A DNA stretch of 64,000 nt from Thecamonas trahens ATCC 50062. Taxonomy: Eukaryota > Protista > Apusomonadida. The stretch spans positions 62,001 to 126,000 of the forward strand of contig NW_013657657.1 of assembly GCF_000142905.1 (NCBI RefSeq), in the 5' to 3' direction. A program made the translations under genes and the position numbers. Under the pieces are notes generated by a model. That model was not told where the DNA came from. It did not search any database and worked only from the letters and a program-made list of their open reading frames with translations. Below are positions 12,367 to 23,001 of this stretch, piece by piece (position 1 is the stretch's first letter; every line of letters begins with the position of its first letter).

Positions 12367-15300
12367 CAGACGCAGAAGCCATCGAAGAAGCGTGACGATC
12401 TGCTCAACATCCAGGCTGCGGCACAGGCGCGTTGGTCTGCGGAACAGATTTTTGAGCAGGATGCCAAGACGGACATTCCTGCCGGCGAGAAGAACAAGTA
12501 CCTGGTCACCTTTCCCTACCCGTACATGAACGGCCGGCTCCATCTGGGGCATGCCTTCTCGCTCTCCAAGACCGAGTTTGCGGTCGGCTACGAGCGGCTC
12601 AAGGGCAAGGACTGCCTCTGGCCGTTTGCCTTCCACTGCACCGGGATGCCGATCAAGGCATGTGCCGACAAGCTCGCCTACGAGATCGCCACCTTTGGCA
12701 ACCCGCCCGTGTTCCCGGCCGACGAGCCCGAGGCCGACAACGCCGACGAGGCTGACGGCGCCGACGCGGTGGCGTCGTCGTCGATGCCGGGCAAGGCGCC
12801 CAAGGGCAAGCAGCGGTCGAAGGAGAAGACCAAGGGAACCGGCAAGAAGTACCAGTGGAACATCATGCAGGCGCTCGGCATTCCCGACGAGGACATTCCG
12901 GCCTTTGCTGACGCCCAGCACTGGATCGACTTTTTCCCGCCGCGGTGCCAGCTCGACATGCAGGCGTTTGGCGGCAAGATCGACTGGCGCCGCTCGTTCT
13001 ACACCACCGACGTCAACCCGTACTACGACGCCTTTATCCGGTGGCAGTTCCGCCTTCTCAAGGCGCAGAACCGCATCGAGTTTGGCAAGCGCCCGTGCGT
13101 CTTCTCGCCTAAGGACGGCCAGCCGTGCATGGACCACGATCGTTCGTCCGGCGAGGGCGTCAAGCCGCAGGAGTACACCCTCATCAAGCTCAAGCTCCTC
13201 GAGCTGCCGGCGTCGGGTGTCCTCGACGCGCTCGCCGACAAGGCCATCTTCCTTGTCGCCGGCACCCTCCGCCCGGAGACCATGTACGGGCAGACCAACT
13301 GCTGGGTCGGGCCGGACCTCGAGTACGGAGCCTTTGCCCTCGACGCCGACGCCTCGGAGGTCGTCATCTGCACCGACCGCTGTGCCCGCAACATGTCGTT
13401 CCAGAACTCATCGCCGGTCTTTGGCGAGGTGAACAAGCTTGCCTCGCTCACCGGCGCCGACCTCCTCGGCCTCCCGCTGGAGGCTCCGCTCGCCTCGTAC
13501 GAGCGTGTCTACGCCCTCCCCATGATGACCATCAAGCCGGGCAAGGGCACTGGCATCGTCACCTCGGTCCCCTCGGACGCTCCCGACGACTTCCAGGCCC
13601 TCGAGGACCTCAAGCGCAAGGACGCGCTCCGCGCCAAGTTTGGCATCACCGACGAGATGGTCCTCCCCTTTGAGCCCGTCCCCATCATCGACATCCCGTC
13701 CATCGGCAACCTCGCCGCGCCCATTATGTGCAAGCAGCTCAAGATCCAGTCGCAGCACGACCGCAAGAAGCTTGACGAGGCTAAGGAGATTGTTTACAAG
13801 AAGGGCTTTTATGAGGGCGTCTTCCTCGTCGGCGACCACGCCGGGTCCAAGGTCGAGGACGCCAAGGATGCCATCCGCGACGCCCTCATCGCCGACGGCA
13901 AGGCCTTCAAGTACTGGGAGCCCGAGGGCGTCGTCGTCTCGCGCTCGGGCGACGAGTGCGTCGTCTGCCTCGCCGACCAGTGGTACCTCAACTACGGCGA
14001 CCCCGAGTGGAAGGCCCTCGTCGCCAAGAACCTCTCCTTCCTCAACACCTACCACGCCGATACCCGTGCCAAGTTTGAGGCCACCCTCGACTGGCTCCGC
14101 GAGTGGGCCTGCTCGCGCTCTTACGGCCTCGGCACGCGCATCCCCTGGGACGACGAGTGGCTCATCGAGTCGCTCTCCGACTCGACCATCTACATGGCCT
14201 ACTACACCATCGCCCACATGCTGCAGGGCGACATTGGTGGGTCGAGCCCGGGCTCGTCTGGCATCCCGCCCGAGGCTGTCAACGACGCCCTCTTCAACTA
14301 CGTCTTCCTCGGCTCAAACGAGACGTCTGATCTCGCAGACGGCGTCGACGTGGCCGCTCTCGACGCCATGCGCGCAGAGTTTGAGTACTGGTACCCGGTT
14401 GACCTTCGCGTCTCGGGCAAGGACCTCGTCCCCAACCACCTCACCTTTTTCATGTACAACCACGCCTCCATCTTCCCTCAGGACAAGTGGCCACGTGCCA
14501 TTCGTGTCAACGGCCACCTCAACCTCAACGGTGACAAGATGTCCAAGAACACCGGCAACTTCCTCTCGCTCCGCGACGCCATCGAGACCTACTCGGCTGA
14601 CGCCACGCGCATCGTCCTTGCCGACGCCGGCGACGGTCTCGACGACGCAAACTTTGAGGAGGCTGCCGCCAACAAGGCCATCCTCCGCCTCACCGCCTTT
14701 GTCGCCCTCGTCGAGGAGACCCTCTCCGGTGACTTTGCCACCCGTGATGCCGACGCCGACGCCTCGGCCACGCCCGACATTGCCCTCTTTGACAGCATCT
14801 TTGCCGCACACATCGACCGCACCATCCACGCCACAGACGCCGCCTTTGCCGACGCCCTCTACCGCGAGGCCCTCCTCTACGGCTGGCACGAGTTCCAGTC
14901 GACTCGCACCGCCTACTGCGACCGCCTCGGCTCCGCCGCCCTCCCCTCCAAGTCCCTCATCATGCGCTACATCGAGGCCCAGGCCCTCCTCATCGCACCC
15001 TTTGCCCCGCACACCGCAGAGCACGTCTGGGGCCTCCTCGGCAACTCAGAGTCCATCATGCGCGCCTCGTGGCCCGTCGCGAGCGCCCCGGACCAGGCTA
15101 TCCTCGCCGCGGACAACTTTATCAACACCTTCCTCCACAAGTGCCACCGCCACCTCGACCGCCTCGCTCGCAAGGAGGGCGTCACTGTCTCCAAGGGCAC
15201 CATCTTTGTCGCCCGCGAGTACCCGCCCTGGCAGGTTGCCATCCTCGAAGCGCTCGCCCCCATGTACTCGCCCGAGGCTTCGCCGGACGCAAAGGGTCTG

Positions 15301-15590
15301 CCTTCGCACTTCCCGACAACCGCACCATCGCCAAGACTGTTGGCAAGCTCGCCGCCATCCCCAAGAAGCTCAAGAAGAAGGCCATGCCGTTTGCCATGAA
15401 GTGTGTCTCTGAGGCCAACGCCACAGGCCCCGATGCCCTCGCATCCACCCCGTCCTTTGACGAGTTTGGCATTCTCACCACCGTCAAGGATTTCCTCAAG
15501 GCCTCCTTCTCCCTCGACGATCTCTCTATCGAGGAGGCGCCCGCCGACTCCAAGGCCCTCCCGGGCGAGCCGGACTTTGCTTTTGAGTAA
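12367..15590 (+). CDS. LARS1: Cytosolic leucyl-tRNA synthetase; first exon unresolved (gap), apparent frameshift at ~15293
   Basis: [46 protein letters not shown] (editing domain), [10 protein letters not shown] and KMSKNTGN. The C-terminus continues in ORF 15069..15590 (KKAMPFAM...ALPGEP). Confidence 0.95.
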
Positions 15591-16270
15591 AACCTCTCCC
15601 CACCCCGCGTTGGCACCCCACCAACCTCGTCACCCATGTAACATAAGCCGACCGCTTCGCAACAGCGTCCTTGCCTCGACCGGGGCTGCAAACCCCTCAG
15701 GGCCGGCTGCCGTACAACCGTTCCTGGAAACCACACAACGTGGACCCGTGGAACCCCCCCCCCACGTCAACCCCCCCCCCCCCAACCTTGTCTCATCCCT
15801 CCCCACCTGCCCCGAAAGCATGCTATCCGCCCAGCACTTCATACTCGTATTCCTCGTGTGCATTGCGGTGCTTGGCTAGCACCGCATACTCCCGTTGCGC
15901 TTGCCATGTCCCCATGTGCTTGATGTAGGGTTGATGGACTGATGAAGGAAATATTTGTTTCGCTCGGCTCCCCCCCCACCGCCCTACCCCCGCCCCCGCC
16001 TCCCATGTCAAGCCACCAGCTCGCGAACCGTTACATGCATCCGCATGTCGCACACACCAGCAATCACATACGGCTAGTAGACAAGCTGGTCGACCCAGGA
16101 GTCGCTAGCCCTCGGCCGCCGTAGGCGGCAAAGAACTATGATGAAGGATGAGGCGTGATGGCGAAACACTCGTTTTTCGGCAAAAGGCCTTTTCTGGCGC
16201 AGCACCCGAGCTCGTAACTTCATCGGACCTCTCCCCACCGCATCCCCCTGTACCACCAACATCTGTGCCC

Positions 16271-17308
16271 ATGCCACTCCACAGCGAGCTCGAGACCCCA
16301 GAGAACTTGCTTGCCTATTCGGTTGACCCGCTCCTTGCCTCGCTCTTTGACTTTACCCTTTCCGTCGACTCCACGCCTCCGGACAACGGCCGAATCTCGC
16401 CGCCCATTCCGCTGGCGGTCGATCTTCCCCCTTTCCTGCCCATTGCCGGGCCAACACCCCAGCCCCGGTCAACCGTAACACAAGGAGGCTATGGCGGCGC
16501 CACGTTTGAGGTCCGTGAGCCGAGCTCCCACTCGCCCGCACAGCGTCCGTCGGCGCGCCGTTGCCGCCGGTCGCGGCGGACCCGCCGCCGTATGCAGCCG
16601 CGGAAGGAAAATTCGATTTTCAAGTACGCGCGGGATGTAGCCAACTCCCTCGCAGACTATGCCCTCCTCTCCGACCACTCCTTTACCATCTTCGAGCTTG
16701 CGACGAATGCTGACGTCCCACCGCGCCGCACGTCTGAAATCCTCAACATCCTCCGCGGCCTGGGCATGGTCGCCCGCGTCTCGCGCCGCTACCCGCTCTG
16801 CTACCGCGTCACCGACGCGTCGTTCGTTTCGCCGCGCTGGGATCCGGCGGCAGGCTTTGCCTCGCTCGCCCGCTTGGCGGGGACCGACGCAGCAAAGCCG
16901 CGTCAGGCCCGATCGTTGGCCAACCTCGTGGCCCCTATCCTCGCCGCAGTCGCCGCCAGCCCCGAGCCCATTTCGCTTGCCGGCATCATCGCCACTCTCG
17001 GCACCGAGTCGACTCAGCGCATCTCTGCCACTGTCCTTGTTCTCCACGCCATCGGTGCCCTGGTCTCTCCCCCATCGACCTTGCTCTACACCCTCCCTCC
17101 CGCCAGCCGTCACGCCCTCGCCGAGGCCAGCGCCAGTACCAGCACCAGCGCCAGTACCAGCGCCAGCGCCAGTACCAGCACCAGCGCCAGTACCAGCGCC
17201 AGCGCCAGTACCAGCGCCAGCGCCAGTACCAGCACCAGCGCCAGCACCAGCGCCAGCGCCACCATGGCCGCCACATCGTCTGCAGTCCAGTTCGAGCCCA
17301 ATCGCTAG
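16271..17308 (+). CDS. Divergent atypical E2F (E2F7/8/DEL-like) protein with two winged-helix domains
   Basis: RKENSI...FTIFELATNADVPPRRTSEILNILRGLGMVARV and RQARSL...ISLAGIIATLG..QRISATVLVLHAIG align by eye with the E2F DNA-binding consensus RKxKSL...ISLDxxAxxLGVxRRRIYDIxNVLxxL. The C-terminus is an (AS/TS)n tract. Confidence 0.6.
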   Translation: MPLHSELETPENLLAYSVDPLLASLFDFTLSVDSTPPDNGRISPPIPLAVDLPPFLPIAGPTPQPRSTVTQGGYGGATFEVREPSSHSPAQRPSARRCRRSRRTRRRMQPRKENSIFKYARDVANSLADYALLSDHSFTIFELATNADVPPRRTSEILNILRGLGMVARVSRRYPLCYRVTDASFVSPRWDPAAGFASLARLAGTDAAKPRQARSLANLVAPILAAVAASPEPISLAGIIATLGTESTQRISATVLVLHAIGALVSPPSTLLYTLPPASRHALAEASASTSTSASTSASASTSTSASTSASASTSASASTSTSASTSASATMAATSSAVQFEPNR

Positions 17309-17581
17309 CCAGCAGGGGTTGTAATCTTCTCACAAACACACATACATACATACATACATACATTCATACATGCACATACAATCATCAATCCTCCTACTTC
17401 TGCCCATCTAAAGCCGGTTATCCATCGCGTGTCGCAAAAGGCGCGCCGGACGCAAACGTCGCGCCGGAACGCCGCGCCACCCACAACAGCAGCCAACCGC
17501 AAAACGCCAACAGCCACCACCCAACCACCACACCCAGCCACCACCACACCACCACGCCCAGCCACCGCCACCCTCACACAC

Positions 17582-17633
<52 letters not shown>

Positions 17634-17668
17634 TAACGCACACAAACCATACACATACATACACACAT

Positions 17669-17887
17669 ATGTCGAGCGTGGACGCCCCCCTTCTGCTGTC
17701 CAGCTCAACAAGGGCGTCGTGGTCACCCTCGGCAACGGCAGCCAGCCCATTACCTCGGTACGCCTCCCGCCTCCTCCTCTCCCCGTTGACGACGAAGAGG
17801 GGGGTGCTCATTGCACAAAAATATTTTCACCACACTCACCCCCCCACACACACACACACCCCACACACACACACTTACACACGCGCC

Positions 17888-17918
<31 letters not shown>

Positions 17919-20900
17919 CTCAGGCTATCGTCGCGTTCACATACTCGCAAGAGGTGGAGGTCTCGGCCGTGGCCCTGGCACTCGATGCATCGAGTGGAGA
18001 GCTTGTGGGAACGGTGCACTCAGCACAGGCGCGGAATGCTGCCCTACCGTCTGTGGTGCTGCTGAAGCAGACCGAGGCGCCGGCAGGCGCCACCGAGGCC
18101 TTTAAGGTCAGCCAGCTCCCACTCAACAAGCCGCACCTCCAGCTGTACTTTGCGCTCACGGCGTACACCGATGACGGGTTAGCCGCCATGTCAAGTGCCG
18201 TTGTCAACGTCTACAACACGAGCATCGCCTCGGCGCCGCCGATTCTCCTCTGCTCGCTCGATCTCTCGGCCCATGGCCGCCCTCCGTCGGGCACCACCGC
18301 CCTCCTCGCCGCGCGCATGCTCGCGGTTGACATTGCGTCCAACGCGCTCGCGCCCGCTGAGCCCGGCCGTGCCCGCCTCCCGCCGTCGCCGGTCTCGTGG
18401 GTCACCCGCTTCCATGCCCTTGTCCAGCCGTCACAGGCCCGCGACGACGCAGCGCTGGCAGCAGTCGTCGCCTCGTCGGCCCTCGACACCGTGCCCGACT
18501 CGGCCCTCTTCCTCTCGCCGGGCGATGTAGTGTTCTTCGGCGGACCGCGCGAGCTCCAGCTCGACGTCTCGTGGCACACGCCGGGTGCCGCCATCGTTCC
18601 TCCGCCACTCTCGCTCTCTATCGTCGCCTTTGACAGCACCGGCACCGTGGTCGGCGTTCTCTCCAACGCCGAAAATGGCGAGGTCCCGCACGAGTGGGGC
18701 ATGATTGCCGGCTCGGGTCATGCCCTTGTCTCGGACGGTGGCACCACGTCGGCGCTCGTCGCGCTGAGCAAGCTCGAGCCGACTGCCGTCACCCTCGCGG
18801 TCATTGCCCACGGCGCGTCCGAGCTTGCCGCGCTCACCGCGTCAACGCTTCCGTCACGGGTCATGCTTCGCCAGGGCTCGACGTCGGGCGGCCCGCCACG
18901 GCCGGTCGCCGAGTTTGTGCCCTGCCTCGGCGCCGGCATCACTGCGTCGGGAATGGTCCTCGCCGTCGTCTTTCACGACGCCGGCCTTGCCAAGTGGTCC
19001 ATGCGCGCAGTCTCGGCGCCGCTCCAGGGTCCTCCGCTCGCCGGCTACCTCTCGCAGATGAAGATGCACCTCAAGCACTCGCTTCCGGTGGCGCTCGAGC
19101 TCGACGCCGGTGACATGATCAACTTTGAGGGCCCGCGCCGGGTCTCGCTTGCTGTCGGCTGGTCGCCAGCCTCGGCCGATGCCACCCCGGTTGCGCTCCT
19201 CCTCTCGCAAGACGTCGAGCTGCTTGAGGCCGTCGACGCCTCATCGCCGGCCTCGCACTCGGGCGCCGTCACTCTCGCGGCTCGCACCACGTCGGCGTCG
19301 GGCAAGCCCGAGTTTGTCGTCGAGCTTCCGCTTGTCGCCGACGAGACTGCCTTTATTGTCCTCGCTCTGGTGGTCAACACCCGCGGCCGTGGCGCCCGCG
19401 TCGGTGCCGCCACCGCCACCTTTACCAACATCACCGGTGCTGCCGCCCAGCCGCTGGCCGTCTTTGAGTCCAAGTACCCGCCAGACACGTCTGCCGCCAT
19501 CGTCTCGGTCCTCTCGCGCGACGAGGCCACCGGCAAGTGGACACTCAAGGCGCTCGGCCTCGCCTACAACTCGACAGTCCTCTCATACGACGCCATCATG
19601 CCACGTCTCGCCGCCGACCTCTCGGCAGACGTGGCGCAGGTCCTCGACCTCGGCCCGTCGGACGTCCTCGCCTTTCACGGTCCATCGACGGCCTCGGTGA
19701 CCATGGCGTGGTTCGACGGTCCGCCGACCGGCATGCGTGGCCTCTGCCTCCTCTACGACCAACGTGGCTCGCTCCTCTCGTGGGTCGGCTCGAACAAGCA
19801 TGCGCCGCAGGGCGTCTCGGCACTCGTCCGCGCCTCGCCCGACGGCGCCGTCGCCTACGCCTCGGGCCCGGGCCCGGCCTCGCGCACGCCGCGCGGCGCC
19901 ACCGGCTCGGTCACCTTTGAGCTCGCCCTCCCGCACATCCCGCTCGACGTCGGCGTCCTCGTCTTTGCACTCGAGGGCGACACGTCCCGGACCGCCACCC
20001 CGTTTGCCTCGGTCTCGGCCACAATGGCCGTCCTCGCCGACGTCTCCGCCGTCGATCCAGGCCTCCGTCGCGACATTGGCCAGTACGCTTCGTACAAGCG
20101 CGGCAAGCACACTGGCATTGTCCTGGCCCTCCTCTATCGCGACGTGGTCAAGGTCGGCAAGTGGAAGTTCCAAGCTGTCGGTGACCCGGTCCGCGGCTCG
20201 CCGCTCCCGCTCATGTCGCGCATTGCCGGTGCCGCCGCTAACGTCATGGGCTTTGCCGCCGCCTCGCAAGCCGCCCGCGCCGCCGGTGCTGCTCTGCACG
20301 ACGTCGCGAGCAACATCCAGGTCGACGACGTGTCTCCGTCCGCGCCGCCGGTTCCGGTCGACGCCACCTCGCTCGCCCTCCGCAAGGGCGACATTCTCTC
20401 GTTCGAAGGCCCCTCGCGGATTGCAGTCTGCTTCTCCTGGTCGCGCGAGGCCCGCCGCTCCGGCTCGGGCGGCCTCGCACCCGATGTCGATCCTGTCGCC
20501 CTTGCGTGCTACGCTGTGTCGGACTCCTCCGCTATCCTCGAGGTCATCGACGCCGACAATGGATCGTCGGCCTCGGGTGCCATCGTCCACTCGGTCCCAC
20601 GCTCTGGCGTGCCTGGCGTTGAGTCATCCTCGTCGCTCTCGGGTCCATCGTCGCAGGGCTCGGGAGAAGAGACCATCGAGATCGAGCTCGCCGACGTCGA
20701 CCTCACAGCCAACGTCCTTGTCTTTGTGGCCTCGTCGCCAACAGAGAGCGGGCTTGGCGGTCTGCGCTCGCTCAACGTGACGCTCACCGACGTCTCGGGT
20801 GCGTTTGAGCGGCAGATCTGCTCGTACCCGGTCACGTTTGAAGCCTCGTCATCCAAGGTTAATGCGCCGTCGCTCATCACTCTCCTGCTATTCCGCGACC

Positions 20901-22975
20901 CGGCGTCGCAGCTTGTGCTCTCGCAGCAGGCGCGGGCTGCGCCGTCGGCGCTCCTCCCGCCGGGCAAGTGGAAGGCCAAGACGCTCTGCTCACACGTCCG
21001 TGCTGTTGAGCCGCAAGACGTAGTCGACGCGTGGGCTCAGAGCCAGCGCGGCAAGGTCGCGCCAAAGCGCGTTGTCCTCAACCGCGGCGACGTGCTCGCC
21101 TTTGAAGGCCCCGACCGGGTCATCGTTGGCACCGGGTGGGACGTTGACGACAGTCCGCTGGCTGCACCTGAAGTCTCGACCGCCATCCTCCTCCTCGACG
21201 AGCACGAGCAGCTGGTCGGCGTGGTCTCGGCGAGGTCGCCGCGGTGGCCGACCGAAGACTCGCCGCTCTACGCGTTGCACGCGTCAGGCGAGGCTGCAGT
21301 GTGGCCAGCCTCGGTCCACGCGCCGTCGCTCCTCGACTCGGGTGTGGTCATGCACTCGGGCGAGCAAGGTCGCGGCGCTGACGCCGAGGCCGGGCCCTCG
21401 TCGGGCTCGCACGACCCCGAAGCGCTCTTTGTCGAGCTCGACTTGGTCCCGCCGCAGATCGCGCAGCTTGTCGTTGTGGTCTCGGCCTTCCGCTCGTCGT
21501 TTGACTCGGTCTCTGGCGCCTACATCCGCCTCATCAACGCGTCGTCATCTCCCAAGCGCGAGATCGCCATGTTTGACATCGGCGACCTCCGTGGCGACCA
21601 CAACGCCGTCGTCATGTCCTCGCTCTACCGCGACTCGGAGTCGCCGGGCAAGTGGAAGTTCCGCGCGGTCGGCAACCACGCCCTCGGCTCGGGCTACGCC
21701 GACCTGCTCGCCTTTCTGGAACAGTCACGCCACGAAGTCCGACCGGCGACCCAGCACGTGCTCGCCCTCAACGCCGGCGACATGGTCCTCTTTGACGGCT
21801 CGCAGTCGGCCACGGTGGTCGCCGAGTGGGAACTCGCGCCCGGCTCGACCCTCCCGCCGCTCGAGTTTTCGGCGTATGTCTTTGACACCCGCGGCGGGCC
21901 GGTTGGCCGCATCGATGCCAATACCACCGCTGGTTGCTCCGGCTCGGTCCTCTTTGAGCCGCGCCTCAACGCGCCGCACCGCATCGCCGTCCGCCTCGAC
22001 GCCGTCCCGGACTCGGTCATGACGGTCATGTTTGTGCTCACTGCCTTTGGCGCCGACTTTTCCGCCCTCAACAAGCTCACCGTCAAGCTCGCCGACGCCA
22101 CCATCGCCTCGGAGCCCGACCGCGACATTGCCGCCTACGAACTCTTCGATTCGGCCCTCCGCGGCGAGCACTGTGCTGAGCTCGCCGCGCTGCTCTTCCG
22201 CGACGAGGAGTCGGGCGGGCGGTGGAAGTTTAAGGCCGTGGGTGAGGCTCTTGGCGTCGTTGCCTCGCCGGTCGAGCTCGTCTCGGTCCTCCAGCCACGG
22301 CTGGCGTCGGACCTTGCCCGCTCGCTCGCCCTCACCCAGGGCGACATCCTCACCTTTGAGGGCGCATCCAAGGTTGTCTTTGGTCTCGGATGGGACGGGG
22401 CGCAAGGCACGCTCTCGGCCTCGCTCCGCCTCACCGCCGGCGCCCTGCTCCTCGACGACAAAGCCGCCCTCTCCGAGGTCGTGTGGTCGGGCAACACCAA
22501 CTCGGCGGCACAAGGCTGTGTCTCGTTTGTCGACGGCCGCATCGCCGCCGAAGTTGTCGACGACGAGCAGTTTGTCATCAACCTCGATCACGTCCCGCTC
22601 TCGGTCCGCCACATCTTCTTTGTCGCTGCCGGCTTTGAGGTCAACGACTGGCCGCGCGTCGAGCACACCTACATCCGCATGGCCGACGTTTCGGATGGCT
22701 TTGACGAGCGCGAAGTGGCCAAGCTCGACTTGCTCCGCTCCGGGCCGGGCGCGACGAACGCAGTTGTTCTCGGACACCTCTACCGCGAGTTTGACGAGCT
22801 CGACGCGGCACCCATGGCCGCCGGCGCTGGCAAGTGGAAGTTTATGGCCATCGGCCAGCCGGCCGACGGCACCACCTTTGCACAGATGCTGCCAGCCGTC
22901 CGGCCGTATGTGGTCGAGAGCGGCGGTGTTGTGGTTGCGAACAAGGGCTGCTGTGCTGGGTGCGTCGTGTCGTAA
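17669..22975 (+). CDS. Tandem TerD-domain protein (8 repeats) with C-terminal CaaX; exons 17669-17757 and 17924-22975
   Basis: A ~190-230-aa unit recurs: LxxGD(I/V/M)xxFEGxxxxxxxxxW...LYRD..GKWKF.A(V/I)G. It matches TerD family motifs (GLGWD, DDE.F.I.LD.VP, AYIR, LYR, WKFRAVG). Intron GTACGC...CCTCAG. One C is missing in a C6 run of exon 1. The protein ends KGCCAGCVVS. Confidence 0.85.
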
Positions 22976-23001
22976 ACCGATAACTCAAAGTGCATGCCTG
23001 G

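Noticed and set aside
11887-15412. Long antisense and alternative-frame ORFs over LeuRS (likewise over POLR1A, PCK, EHHADH and others)
   Set aside because: Shadow ORFs are expected from high GC3 codon bias, and they show no recognisable motifs.
17429-17668. Thr/His-rich N-terminal extension of the 1848-aa ORF
   Set aside because: It is (CA)n-rich upstream sequence read through in frame. The real start is more plausibly ATG 17669 followed by an intron.
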